Part shown: one piece after another, positions 47,388 to 56,960 of the stretch | Layout of the letters: every line of letters begins with the position of its first letter | Numbering within the stretch: position 1 is the first letter of the stretch | DNA from: a virus | Length of the DNA stretch: 64,000 nucleotides | Virus record (IMG/VR): IMGVR_UViG_3300027749_000038 | Direction: 5' to 3' (one strand) | Notes under the pieces: generated by a model | The model's database searches: none | The model's input: the letters and a program-made list of their open reading frames with translations, nothing else | What the model was told of the DNA's origin: nothing | Translations under genes and position numbers: made by a program

Positions 47388-48795
47388 ATTTTTCTAAAGT
47401 GTACATTTTTTTTCTTGCTTCTAGGTGTTTTTTACCATATCTAGTATTATCTGCTATATCAAATATAGAAGCAAGAGTCTTGGTCGGGTGTAATCGTAAT
47501 ACCCGACCAATAGATTGCATAATTTTAATTTTAGCTTTTCCTATGGAAGCAAAAATTATATTATGAAGATTGGGAATGTTGATTCCTGTGCTAAAAATTT
47601 TAGAGATAGCTACTACAATCACATCATGCCTGTCTTCCATCAAAGAGCGAATCTTTTCTCTCTCTTCCATTTCAGTAGAACCTTGAATAAAATATACAGG
47701 TCTCCTAGGTATTTCTCTTAAAATGTACATTTGGTCCAAGAGTCTGTATAGAGTTTCTCCATGTTCAATACGATCCACCATTATTAAGGTATTTTCTTGC
47801 AACCTCATTGCTAAATTTACAATAATTTCATTGCGTCTAAAATTAGAAAATAAAAATTCCATTTCTTGACGATAGGCCTCGGCTGGTTCTTGTATATCTA
47901 TATCAAAAATTGGAGGGTTGTTATGTTTAATATTTAAAATAATAATTTTAAAATTAGATACATATGACTGTTCTTTTAAAGAATGTGTCTTCTCTTCGTA
48001 TACGATGGGTCCAAATTCACCTATGATATTCCATTCATCAATTTTAGTAGAAGGAAGAGTTCCTGTAAATCCAAAACGATGATTAGTGTTTACAAATTTT
48101 AATATATCATTGATACAATTACCCCTTTTGGTTTGATGTACCTCATCCATCAACAATAATTCCACATCTGCTAATACAGAAAGATCTGACTTCTCTGACA
48201 TTAATATCTGAGACCCAGCCACTGTAATAAGAGCTTCAGGGTTATATGGAGATCCACCACACCACTTATGTACTCCAGTCAGTCCGTAAGAAATAAAATC
48301 TTCTGCAGTTTGCTCTACTAATTGGATAGAGGGTACTATTACTAGGATTTTATTAATATTTTTTTCTTTTTGAATAAAACTTTTAATCAAACCAGCCATG
48401 ATTAGTGTTTTTCCGCCAGCGGTTGGAATAACAACAACACCTCTGCCGTGTTGTAAAGCCCTAAAGATAGACTTCTCTTGATAATCCCTATATGTCTTGT
48501 TGAGACAAACTACTTCCGGTGAATCTATAAGAGGATTATATTTGATTAATAATTCCTTTTGAACTTCACACTTAATATGATTGGAATAACAATACTTCAA
48601 TATTAAACCCACCAAACCAATTTTAAATTTACCCTGAGGAGTTATACTATATATTCTTGAAGAAGCATATGGAGCTCTTTTATAAGATGGATTGGGTACT
48701 GAAAAATATTCTCTGATTAAATTAATATAGGAAATATCTCCTTTAATTTGAGCTCCCTTGCCATTGACAGATAAAATTAACTCCACAGTGTTCAT
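47356..48795 (-). CDS. uvsW: SF2 helicase UvsW
   Basis: RDYQ, PTAGGKT, DEVH, GFTGT, STGINIP and QSIGR.LR. Confidence 0.92.
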   Translation of the reverse strand: MNTVELILSVNGKGAQIKGDISYINLIREYFSVPNPSYKRAPYASSRIYSITPQGKFKIGLVGLILKYCYSNHIKCEVQKELLIKYNPLIDSPEVVCLNKTYRDYQEKSIFRALQHGRGVVVIPTAGGKTLIMAGLIKSFIQKEKNINKILVIVPSIQLVEQTAEDFISYGLTGVHKWCGGSPYNPEALITVAGSQILMSEKSDLSVLADVELLLMDEVHQTKRGNCINDILKFVNTNHRFGFTGTLPSTKIDEWNIIGEFGPIVYEEKTHSLKEQSYVSNFKIIILNIKHNNPPIFDIDIQEPAEAYRQEMEFLFSNFRRNEIIVNLAMRLQENTLIMVDRIEHGETLYRLLDQMYILREIPRRPVYFIQGSTEMEEREKIRSLMEDRHDVIVVAISKIFSTGINIPNLHNIIFASIGKAKIKIMQSIGRVLRLHPTKTLASIFDIADNTRYGKKHLEARKKMYTLEKYEYSEKEISA

Positions 48796-49196
48796 TAGGT
48801 AGTTTCTAATTTAGTTATTTCTGTAATATTACGCATATCATAGGTCATAGATCTAAGAATGGTTTCTACCTTTTCTAGATATTCTATAATCAACTCTGTG
48901 TCTTCAATATCTTGAATAATATTTTGAACAGAATCTGAAGATTCTATTTTTTTCTCTAAAGTAGTTTTAGAAAGTCCTGGAGGAATTGCATTTTGACTTT
49001 CAAGAGAAGCTAAAACTGCTACATAAGTTAATTTTTTCTTTTTATTCAAAGAATTTAGATGTCTCTTGGCAAATATTAAACGAGCTACCCATTTGTGTTT
49101 AATACCAGGGAGCATTAATTGTTTTTGAAGAAGATTGATTTCATCAATACGGGTATCTTCTTTTAATTCGGTATTGTATTTGTCTAGATCCCACAT
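48795..49196 (-). CDS. uvsY: Recombination mediator UvsY
   Basis: D..ID..NL..Q..LP..K.KW; adjacent to uvsW. Confidence 0.75.
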   Translation of the reverse strand: MWDLDKYNTELKEDTRIDEINLLQKQLMLPGIKHKWVARLIFAKRHLNSLNKKKKLTYVAVLASLESQNAIPPGLSKTTLEKKIESSDSVQNIIQDIEDTELIIEYLEKVETILRSMTYDMRNITEITKLETT

Positions 49197-49218
49197 AAAT
49201 AAATAAGTATTATCTATT

Positions 49219-49431
49219 ATGAATTTAAATTTTCAACCATTGGTTACAAAAATATTAGAAGATATGAATGTTGCTGGTACTCCTGGAGCTTTTGGTAATA
49301 CTGGAAATTTAATGACAGATCCAGATGTTAAAACGGCCATGGCTATTACTGGAGGAGGTGTAAAACGTTCTAAGAAGAAAAAATTGCCTAAGGTTTTTAA
49401 AAGAAATTTTCCCAAAACTGGAGGTTTGTAA
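49219..49431 (+). CDS. Small basic hypothetical protein
   Basis: 70 aa, preceded by the TAAGTA motif. Confidence 0.45.
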   Translation: MNLNFQPLVTKILEDMNVAGTPGAFGNTGNLMTDPDVKTAMAITGGGVKRSKKKKLPKVFKRNFPKTGGL

Positions 49432-49868
49432 TGGATACTGGTCATTGGAACATAGTACCTGGAGTTATTTTAACAGAAGAAACTTTTGGGTTTATATATG
49501 AAATAACCAACAAAATAGAAAATAAAATTTATATTGGTAAAAAACAATGCATGTCCAAACGAAGGCTTAAACCTCTTAAAGGCAAACTTCGGAAAAGATT
49601 AACCATTAAAGAATCTGACTGGAAAACCTATACAAGTTCTTCAGAAAAATTAAATGCAGATATAGAACGTTTGGGTAAAGAAAATTTTAATTTTCTTATT
49701 TTAAAAACCTGTACCTGTAAATGGGAAATGGCTTATTATGAGATAGAAACCCAAATATTAAGAGGGGCTATGTTTAGAGAAGATTATTATAACGGAATAA
49801 TCAATGTACGTATAGGAAAAGCACCTAAAAATTTAATAAAAAAAGAAGTTAATTATAATTATGTATAA
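49431..49868 (+). CDS. GIY-YIG endonuclease-like protein
   Basis: GFIY.ITN....YIGKK, W..Y..SS, E and YN motifs. Confidence 0.8.
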   Translation: MDTGHWNIVPGVILTEETFGFIYEITNKIENKIYIGKKQCMSKRRLKPLKGKLRKRLTIKESDWKTYTSSSEKLNADIERLGKENFNFLILKTCTCKWEMAYYEIETQILRGAMFREDYYNGIINVRIGKAPKNLIKKEVNYNYV

Positions 49869-50391
49869 ATCTCACTGCATTTACTGTGAATCAGAATATT
49901 TTGGTTTGGGTTGCTTGTATTCTCCTACACATACTCACGTACATATGTCTCCTACTGGGTGTATGTACTGTGGAAATACTTCTTTAGGGGGCGGATGTAT
50001 TTATAATCCATACGGATCAATACATGTAAGAGGACCTGAATTTTTAAATAAAACCAGCACCCAAGCAGAAAGTACAGTGTTGTTAAATTATCTAATAAGT
50101 AAAATTAAAGAACCGACTACAAAAGAAGGTTATAAATCTCCCTTAGATAGATTTTACAAAAGATTGGTGGGAATCATATCACATAGCAGTGAACCCTTGT
50201 TAGAAACTTTAATTTTACAAGAATCTTCTAATATAAAAGAAAAAACAAAAGAAAATTTCTTAGAATCTTATAATTTTAAGAAAAATTTACAAGCTAAACT
50301 AGAACAGGTAGAAGACCTTATAAAAGAAGCTTCTTTAATTTTACCCCCAGAAATGGTTGAGGAAGCTATAATTGACGCTATAATAGAGTAA
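49861..50391 (+). CDS. Hypothetical protein with two Cys/His repeats
   Basis: CIYC..GC.YSP..HVH and CMYC..GC.YNP..IHV. Confidence 0.55.
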   Translation: MYKSHCIYCESEYFGLGCLYSPTHTHVHMSPTGCMYCGNTSLGGGCIYNPYGSIHVRGPEFLNKTSTQAESTVLLNYLISKIKEPTTKEGYKSPLDRFYKRLVGIISHSSEPLLETLILQESSNIKEKTKENFLESYNFKKNLQAKLEQVEDLIKEASLILPPEMVEEAIIDAIIE

Positions 50392-50876
50392 TGACGGTAA
50401 AGGAATCATTAATAGTCTTTCTTCCACAAAGAGTTATAATTTTTCCTTTTTACAAATTTGGTAATGAATTTTTATTTAAAATATTTAAAAATTTACAAGA
50501 ATGGGATCTTTTAAAGAATAAAAAAATTACTGGAAAGGAAAAATATTTTAAATATTTTGTTGAAAAAGAAATTTCTTCTATTATTAATGATATTACAATT
50601 ATTTTTAAACAGTTAAACATAAAAATTTTTACCTTACAAAAAGATTTTATAATAGATAGTAATTTATTAAACCTTATAGAAGATAAAGATATTTTAATCA
50701 AACATATAAATAAAATTTTTTTAAAATTGATGGGAAAAAAATATTTCCATAAAATATCAAATAATTTAAATTTTAATACTTCTAATATTATGTATAAAAA
50801 TTTACATTGCTCAAATTCTACAGGTGAAGAAGTTGAATTTGTGATTAAACTTCTTAAAATAACACAAAATGAGTAA
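50391..50876 (+). CDS. Hypothetical protein, very AT-rich
   Basis: 161-aa ORF coupled to both neighbours; Lys/Ile/Phe/Asn-rich. Confidence 0.4.
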   Translation: MTVKESLIVFLPQRVIIFPFYKFGNEFLFKIFKNLQEWDLLKNKKITGKEKYFKYFVEKEISSIINDITIIFKQLNIKIFTLQKDFIIDSNLLNLIEDKDILIKHINKIFLKLMGKKYFHKISNNLNFNTSNIMYKNLHCSNSTGEEVEFVIKLLKITQNE

Positions 50877-51759
50877 CAAGTATGTAATTTTTCACATAGA
50901 TGGTGGAGCTGGTAAAAGTATACTAGCTACAGCTGTTGTGGAGTCTATCAAGAACTTTTACCCTGATAGAAAAATAATAGTAGTTACACCATATCCAGAA
51001 GTATTTTTGCACAATACTTCTATTTACAGAGTGTATAAAAGTGGTTTGTATGCATATTTTTATGATGATTTTGTAAAAGATAAAGATTCTATTATTTTAA
51101 AACATGATCCTTATAATTCTGGAGATTTTATCAATAAATCCAAACATTTAATAGACATTTGGTGTGATACTTTTAATATTCCCAGTGTAACTCTTATTCC
51201 AAAAATATTTTTGACACAGAGGGAGTTATATAATGCAGCAAAAATAATTAATAAACAAGGACCAGTTATGCTTATACACTCCAATGGAGGGGGTGATAAT
51301 CAAGATTATGATTATTCATGGGCTAGAGATTTACCAATTTCTGTAGCTCAAGATATAGTTAATTCTTCCAAAGACAAATTTAATAAAATTTTACATATTC
51401 GCAGAGAAAATCAACCTAAATTAGAAAATGTTACTCAAGTAACAGACAATTTACGCAATTTATTTTGTTATACATTTTTAGCAGATAAATTAATATTGAT
51501 AGATTCAGTTATTCAACACGCAGCTGCGGCTTTTAACAAGAAGGCTGCTGTGGGGTGGATAGCAAATTCACCGAATGTTTTTGGACATCAGTGCCATGTT
51601 AATATCAAACCATCCTCTAAACCTTCTTTTAGGCATATGGTGGACTCATACTTTGAAGATTATGATTGGGTGGGCAGAAGACTTTATGAATGTCCATATG
51701 ATGATCTAGATAACCTTTTTGATAGACAAGAATTTTTAAACTACCTTTCCAATGATTGA
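50869..51759 (+). CDS. GT9-like (heptosyltransferase-fold) glycosyltransferase
   Basis: GGAGK.I.AT, YPEVF, IDS..QHAAAAF.K and VGW. Confidence 0.7.
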   Translation: MSNKYVIFHIDGGAGKSILATAVVESIKNFYPDRKIIVVTPYPEVFLHNTSIYRVYKSGLYAYFYDDFVKDKDSIILKHDPYNSGDFINKSKHLIDIWCDTFNIPSVTLIPKIFLTQRELYNAAKIINKQGPVMLIHSNGGGDNQDYDYSWARDLPISVAQDIVNSSKDKFNKILHIRRENQPKLENVTQVTDNLRNLFCYTFLADKLILIDSVIQHAAAAFNKKAAVGWIANSPNVFGHQCHVNIKPSSKPSFRHMVDSYFEDYDWVGRRLYECPYDDLDNLFDRQEFLNYLSND

Positions 51760-52018
51760 AAATAACCAAGAAGTTTTATTCCAAGTAATACGCATTTTTT
51801 CAGAAAAAGATCAAGAATGGCTTCCAGCCATTAAAGATGCAAATGCTCATGATTTTGATCCAGTCTGGGTCGCAGCCTTAATGTATTTGATACTAGATAG
51901 ATATGTGTCTAATATAGATGATAATGCTCAACAAGATTTTACAGAAAAGGTATACAAAATTTTTGAAGTAATGAAAGAAAATGGTCAACATTATATGGAA
52001 AAACTTAAAGTACAATAA
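51752..52018 (+). CDS. Hypothetical protein
   Basis: 88-aa ORF in operon. Confidence 0.45.
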   Translation: MIENNQEVLFQVIRIFSEKDQEWLPAIKDANAHDFDPVWVAALMYLILDRYVSNIDDNAQQDFTEKVYKIFEVMKENGQHYMEKLKVQ

Positions 52019-52026
52019 GTAATTGT

Positions 52027-52758
52027 ATGCGTTCCCAAAAATTTTTAGAATCATTAATACAAGAGAATTTGTTTTTATCAAAAAATTCTTTAAAGAAATC
52101 TTTGTTCGATGGCTTATTAAAACAAATTATTGGAGAAGATCTAGCAACCGCCCCAGCTCCAACTGATGTTAACGAGGTACCACCCCAAATATCTCAACAA
52201 ACAACAACTCCTTCAGCACTTCCACCAGAAGATGCGCATATTACCATAGAATTGACTAGGTTAGCGGTGGCGGCTTTTTTTGTTGATGTAGAAGCTTTTA
52301 AAGATAGTGCTGAAGAAAAGGGAGATTCGGGTTTAGTTCAAGATATTTCCCACAAAATTGCGGAAATATCCAGATACAAGGACGAAATGCCTAGTGAAGA
52401 GGATTGCCAAAAAATAATTCCCCTAGTTTCCTCTTTAGTTAAAATAGGTAACAAGTCTAATATAGAGGTAAACCTTCAAGACTTAACTGGTAAATTAAAT
52501 TTTGCTTCTAGACCCCTATTAATACAATTGATAGTTAAAGCATTACTGACCCCAGCTGCGGATATCACCAAACTTGATCCATTTATCGGGGATAAAATGA
52601 AAAAAATTCCAGAAGAATTGAACAATTTAACTAATTTAGATTTAAGTCAGGAAGGTAATTTAACTTTAGCGTTAGATTCTGCTAAAAAAATTCAAGATGA
52701 ACTATCAGATATGATAGCAGTGAATTCTACTGGAGATTTATCTGTGGATGTTTCTTAG
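52027..52758 (+). CDS. Hypothetical protein (late-motif promoter)
   Basis: 243-aa ORF; AATAAGTA 5 nt upstream. Confidence 0.5.
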   Translation: MRSQKFLESLIQENLFLSKNSLKKSLFDGLLKQIIGEDLATAPAPTDVNEVPPQISQQTTTPSALPPEDAHITIELTRLAVAAFFVDVEAFKDSAEEKGDSGLVQDISHKIAEISRYKDEMPSEEDCQKIIPLVSSLVKIGNKSNIEVNLQDLTGKLNFASRPLLIQLIVKALLTPAADITKLDPFIGDKMKKIPEELNNLTNLDLSQEGNLTLALDSAKKIQDELSDMIAVNSTGDLSVDVS

Positions 52759-52790
52759 TGATTTTTAATTTATAGAAGGTATGATGTGAC

Positions 52791-53054
52791 ATGTCTCAAA
52801 AAACCATAAATGTCACGGAAGAAGAGTTGCAGTTAATTTTAGAAGCTTTACTGTTTACTAGTTGTGTTGATGCTAATCATGAAGGATACGCAGAAGATAT
52901 GAAGAAAATGATAGGATTGGCATTTTCACTGAGGCATCAAAATCAAAGTGTTTATTTAAAAAATATTTTTGTTTTTGAAGACACTAAAAAACACTGGGAA
53001 GAATCCACTTCAGAGGTAATTAAATTTTTTCCAGAAATCTTAAAAACTAATTAA
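52791..53054 (+). CDS. Hypothetical protein
   Basis: 87-aa ORF; TATGAT 5 nt upstream of the ATG. Confidence 0.45.
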   Translation: MSQKTINVTEEELQLILEALLFTSCVDANHEGYAEDMKKMIGLAFSLRHQNQSVYLKNIFVFEDTKKHWEESTSEVIKFFPEILKTN

Positions 53055-53693
53055 ATGAAAATAGCTGTAATAGGAACTCAATGTATTGGTAAAAGCACTT
53101 ATATTAAGGACTTTTTGATTAAATGGCCTATGTTTTCTTCTCCAGAAAAAACATATAGAGACTTGGTCAAAGAAAAGAATATTCCGATTAATAAATTTGG
53201 CACTGAAGAATCTCAACAACTTATCTTAGATTTTTTAGCCGACCAAGCAACTCAATATTCTAAATCTGATAATGTTATATTTGATAGATGTGTTCTAGAC
53301 AACCTTGCATACTCTTCTTGGTTACATCTTAATGAAATGGTATCTGAAAAATTTTTAGATAATAGTAGAATTTTAGTAAGAGAAACTCTTAGGCTATTTG
53401 ATATTGTTTTTTTCTTACCGATTTCTAAGACATCCCCGGTAAAAATTGTAGAAGATGGTGTAAGAGACACAGATCCGGTGTACAGAGAAGAAATTGACAA
53501 TATTTTTAAAGTGTTTCAACAATCTTATCTTCAAGGCGATGGTAAGATTTTTCCTAAAGGAGATTCAGCGGCTCTTATTGAGATTTATGGTAGCCCAGAA
53601 CAAAGAATTGCCTTGACATCTATGTATATTACAGAAAAAGGAACTATATATGGAGAACAAGAAAGTCTCATTTCAGACCTCTGGACACCATAA
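53055..53693 (+). CDS. P-loop nucleotide kinase-like protein (AAA_28 / dNMP-kinase-like)
   Basis: GTQCIGKST, FDR..LD and G.RD motifs. Confidence 0.75.
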   Translation: MKIAVIGTQCIGKSTYIKDFLIKWPMFSSPEKTYRDLVKEKNIPINKFGTEESQQLILDFLADQATQYSKSDNVIFDRCVLDNLAYSSWLHLNEMVSEKFLDNSRILVRETLRLFDIVFFLPISKTSPVKIVEDGVRDTDPVYREEIDNIFKVFQQSYLQGDGKIFPKGDSAALIEIYGSPEQRIALTSMYITEKGTIYGEQESLISDLWTP

Positions 53694-53702
53694 ATAAAAT
53701 AT

Positions 53703-54632
53703 ATGAGTTTGTTTAATACATTTTGTGAAAATTATCTAGAAGAAATGTCTGCACCGCGACGTGGGTCTATAGGTATTCCTAAATCTGCAGTCAAAACTCC
53801 AGGTTTTGCCGGAAAAGAAAAATTTGGAACCCAAGCTGGAAAGTATACTGGTGGTCAAATGTTAAATTTTCTAGGAGAATTTCTTACAGATAATGGTGAC
53901 AGAGCTTTAGATTATTCAGAAATACAAAAATTATTAGACACCTTTTTAAAGCGTAAAGGATTTGGTGGTACTGCAGCTAAATACTGGACTCGTACATTAG
54001 GTCAAGCTATTTATGACTTTGGTTATCAACCAGAAAAACCATCAGAAATTACAGATGGTAAAGGAGAACAACCAGAAGAGTTTGAAGCAGACGAAGTTCC
54101 GGAGATAGTTGATTCGGAAGAAGTTTCTGGAGGAGGAGAAGGAGGAGATGAAGAACCTACAGCAGAAGAACCAAAACCACCAGCCAGTCAAGAAGCTAGT
54201 GAAGAGGATGTATTAGAAGATTACTGGACCAAAAAAGTGTATGAGTACATTAAAGATGGTGGAGAAACTCCGACTTCTGAAGAAGATGTCACTGGATATA
54301 TCCAAAAAAGAGCAGCTCAAGTTAGAGATTCTGAAGCTGAAAATGAAGAATTTGTAGTAAGAAAAATAAAAACATTGATTTCAAAGGGTCTTTTGAAAAA
54401 AGAAGGAGAGGGATATGTGGCGGTAGAAAAAGAAGACAAACAAACAGAGGGTGAAGGAACTGGTGAAGTTGATACCTTTGATAGAGAAGGTGGAGAAAGG
54501 GATTATGGAGCCGAAGACACCATTGCTAATTATGCTTCTCAATTTGGAGAACGTCCAGAATTTGGCCAACATGAAAATTTTGATATGATGAAAGCGTTTT
54601 CGGAAATTTTCAAGTCAAACAGTCGTGAGTAA
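53703..54632 (+). CDS. Acidic hypothetical protein
   Basis: 309 aa, Glu-rich; CATAAATA upstream. Confidence 0.5.
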   Translation: MSLFNTFCENYLEEMSAPRRGSIGIPKSAVKTPGFAGKEKFGTQAGKYTGGQMLNFLGEFLTDNGDRALDYSEIQKLLDTFLKRKGFGGTAAKYWTRTLGQAIYDFGYQPEKPSEITDGKGEQPEEFEADEVPEIVDSEEVSGGGEGGDEEPTAEEPKPPASQEASEEDVLEDYWTKKVYEYIKDGGETPTSEEDVTGYIQKRAAQVRDSEAENEEFVVRKIKTLISKGLLKKEGEGYVAVEKEDKQTEGEGTGEVDTFDREGGERDYGAEDTIANYASQFGERPEFGQHENFDMMKAFSEIFKSNSRE

Positions 54633-54647
54633 TTTTTAAATATCAGA

Positions 54648-54653
54648 TATACT
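54648..54653 (+). promoter_or_regulatory. -10 element TATACT, 6 nt before the primase ATG
   Basis: TATACT tcttaa ATG; weak GTGAGT 17 nt upstream. Confidence 0.45.
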
Positions 54654-54659
54654 TCTTAA

Positions 54660-55628
54660 ATGAAGCAATTACCAGGTCATTATGTTTTAAGTAAATTTTA
54701 TACATATGCTGGTGAACCCACATTTAGAAAATTTGACGGGAATTATAATGCTTCCTGTAATATTTGCAGAGAAGGAAAGAGTTGGTTGAGGAAAAAAAGA
54801 TTGTTCTTTTATCCTTCAACCAACTCTTTTTATTGTTTTCATTGCGGTGATGGCAAAAGTTGGAATGCCAGAACCTATATTCAATTGTCTTCAGGTCTCT
54901 CTAAGGAAGAGATAGAACAAGAAGCTTTCACCGGAGATATATCTATTGAATTAGATATAAATAGAAATACTTCAATAGTTCGCAAAGAAAAACCATCATT
55001 ACCTTACGATTCCATAAACATTAATGATAAACAACAACAAGATTATTATAAAAATAATAGTAATTTTATAAAAGTTTTAGAATATATCGATCAAAGAAGA
55101 ATTAATACTGCTATAAACAAATGTAAAAATTTTTATATTAGTTTTACCGATTCTTTTCATAAAAATAGATTATGTATACCTTTTTATGATAGATCTGTCA
55201 AAATACCCTTTTATCAAACAAGAGCTTTAGATGGTTCAGATCCACGCTATCTTAACAAAGTTGGATACGAAAAGACCATATTTGGAATAGACAGAATAGA
55301 TACCCAGCTAGAATATATATTCATATTTGAAGGCCCCATAGATTCTATGTTTGTTAAAAATGGAGTGTGTTTGGCGGGATTAGAACTTACATCAACTCAA
55401 GAAAAACAACTTAATGAATTTGCATTTCATGAAAAGATATGGATATTAGATAATCCTAAAAAAGATCAAGCTGCTAAGGAGAAGATACATAGGCTATTAA
55501 TGCAAAAACAAAAGGTATTCCGCTGGCCTTCTGATAGTCCATTTAAAGATTTCAATGAATGGGTTGTAAAAGAAGGAATCGACGAAATACCTTATGATTT
55601 AATTTTAAATTCGTTGTTTCAAATCTAA
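54660..55628 (+). CDS. gp61: DNA primase (gp61-like)
   Basis: CNIC..CFHC zinc ribbon, RL.IPF, FEGPIDSMF, DN and KDFNE. Confidence 0.93.
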   Translation: MKQLPGHYVLSKFYTYAGEPTFRKFDGNYNASCNICREGKSWLRKKRLFFYPSTNSFYCFHCGDGKSWNARTYIQLSSGLSKEEIEQEAFTGDISIELDINRNTSIVRKEKPSLPYDSININDKQQQDYYKNNSNFIKVLEYIDQRRINTAINKCKNFYISFTDSFHKNRLCIPFYDRSVKIPFYQTRALDGSDPRYLNKVGYEKTIFGIDRIDTQLEYIFIFEGPIDSMFVKNGVCLAGLELTSTQEKQLNEFAFHEKIWILDNPKKDQAAKEKIHRLLMQKQKVFRWPSDSPFKDFNEWVVKEGIDEIPYDLILNSLFQI

Positions 55629-56203
55629 CCCATTTTAAGCTGTTCTGCATCTCGTTCTTTCTTTGGAGCCATAATAATAAATCCGTTAAGAACTTCTTTT
55701 AACTTTTCAATTTCTCCAGCAATACGCGTAATACTATCAGATGCTTTGCGAGTTACTCCGCGCAGGAGGGAACCGGGCCTGTCTTCTGCAGCTAGGATTT
55801 TGTGTAAAGATTGACTATCTGGATTATTCATGAAACTAGCAAATTCTGCCAACTTTTCACTCCAGTCTTTAACTGCCGTAATAGCATTTGCTGTAATGGC
55901 TGGATCAGTTCCTTGTGTATCAAATTTACCAGCATCAGTTCCCTGCTCCAACGAACCTTCAAAATCTTTTTGATTTTGATCCGGAGTGAATTGTTCCGGA
56001 GTTTTTGCATCTCCCACAGGAGCTTCATCGGCTTCTTTGACTAAAAATGTAATAAAACTTTTGGCAAATGGAATATACCCTTCCTCACATCCACATTCTT
56101 CTCCTTTAATATTGGCTTTAAGAATGCGTTTTACTTCTCCTCCAATTCTTTTCTTGGAAGCGGAGTTTTTCATTTTTACTGTTGTCTTGCCATATTTTTT
56201 CAT
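55625..56203 (-). CDS. Hypothetical protein (late-motif promoter)
   Basis: ORF convergent with primase; probable start MKKYGK, 8 nt after GATAAATA. Confidence 0.5.
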   Translation of the reverse strand: MKKYGKTTVKMKNSASKKRIGGEVKRILKANIKGEECGCEEGYIPFAKSFITFLVKEADEAPVGDAKTPEQFTPDQNQKDFEGSLEQGTDAGKFDTQGTDPAITANAITAVKDWSEKLAEFASFMNNPDSQSLHKILAAEDRPGSLLRGVTRKASDSITRIAGEIEKLKEVLNGFIIMAPKKERDAEQLKMG

Positions 56204-56219
56204 TATAATATTATTTATC
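56187..56219. promoter_or_regulatory. Overlapping divergent promoters: plus-strand TTGCCA-N16-TATTAT for queC, minus-strand GATAAATA
   Basis: Only 18 bp separate the ATGs at 56203 (-) and 56222 (+). Confidence 0.45.
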
Positions 56220-56221
56220 AC

Positions 56222-56959
56222 ATGGACGCTTCAAATTCTCCTAAATCTTGTGTAGTTTTATTTAGCGGTGGTATGGACAGCACCGTAGTTTTGTATCATG
56301 CAATCAGAAATTACGATAAAATAACAGCTCTTTTAATAGATTACGGTCAACGTAATGCTACAGAAATAGCGGTTGCTTCAAATACTATTGTTTCTCTTTT
56401 TGATAAAGAACAAAAATCTATCGGATTCCAGAAAATAGAAGTTCCTCTCAAAAGTATTGGATTTAAATCAGCCTTGACACAGACAGATATAGCGGTCCCT
56501 AAAATGAAAGAGGTGATTGGAGATCCTCAAAATGATGCTTATGTACCTAATCGTAATATGATATTTTTGTCATTAGCAGTTGGAATGGCAGAGAGTTGCA
56601 ATGCAGATACTGTTTTATATGGAGCAGCAAAGGCAGATGACACATCGGGTTTTTGGGATTGTACTCCAGGATTTCGTAATAGATTAAATACCATTTTGTC
56701 TCTAAATAGGAGAAATCAAATTAAAATAGAAGCTCCTTTGATAGAAAAGACCAAGAAAGAAATTATAGAATACGGAGCAGAATTGGGAGTAGACTTTACC
56801 AAAACACGCACCTGTTATACAGAACACTTACAAGCATGTGGTGAATGTCCTAGTTGTTCAGCTCGTTTAGCAGGATTTATTCAAGCAAAATTAATAGATC
56901 CAATTAATTACAGTAGAAAAATTGATTGGGTGAAGTATAATTGTGTAGAAATTAAATAA
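56222..56959 (+). CDS. queC: 7-cyano-7-deazaguanine synthase QueC
   Basis: SGGMDS, YVPNRN.IFLS, DC, TRTCY and CGECPSC..R..GF. Confidence 0.95.
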   Translation: MDASNSPKSCVVLFSGGMDSTVVLYHAIRNYDKITALLIDYGQRNATEIAVASNTIVSLFDKEQKSIGFQKIEVPLKSIGFKSALTQTDIAVPKMKEVIGDPQNDAYVPNRNMIFLSLAVGMAESCNADTVLYGAAKADDTSGFWDCTPGFRNRLNTILSLNRRNQIKIEAPLIEKTKKEIIEYGAELGVDFTKTRTCYTEHLQACGECPSCSARLAGFIQAKLIDPINYSRKIDWVKYNCVEIK

Positions 56960-56960
56960 A

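Noticed and set aside
49431-49868. GIY-YIG gene as a mobile intron or homing element
   Set aside because: It interrupts no gene, has no flanking intron structure and lacks an appended DNA-binding domain; kept as a free-standing nuclease.
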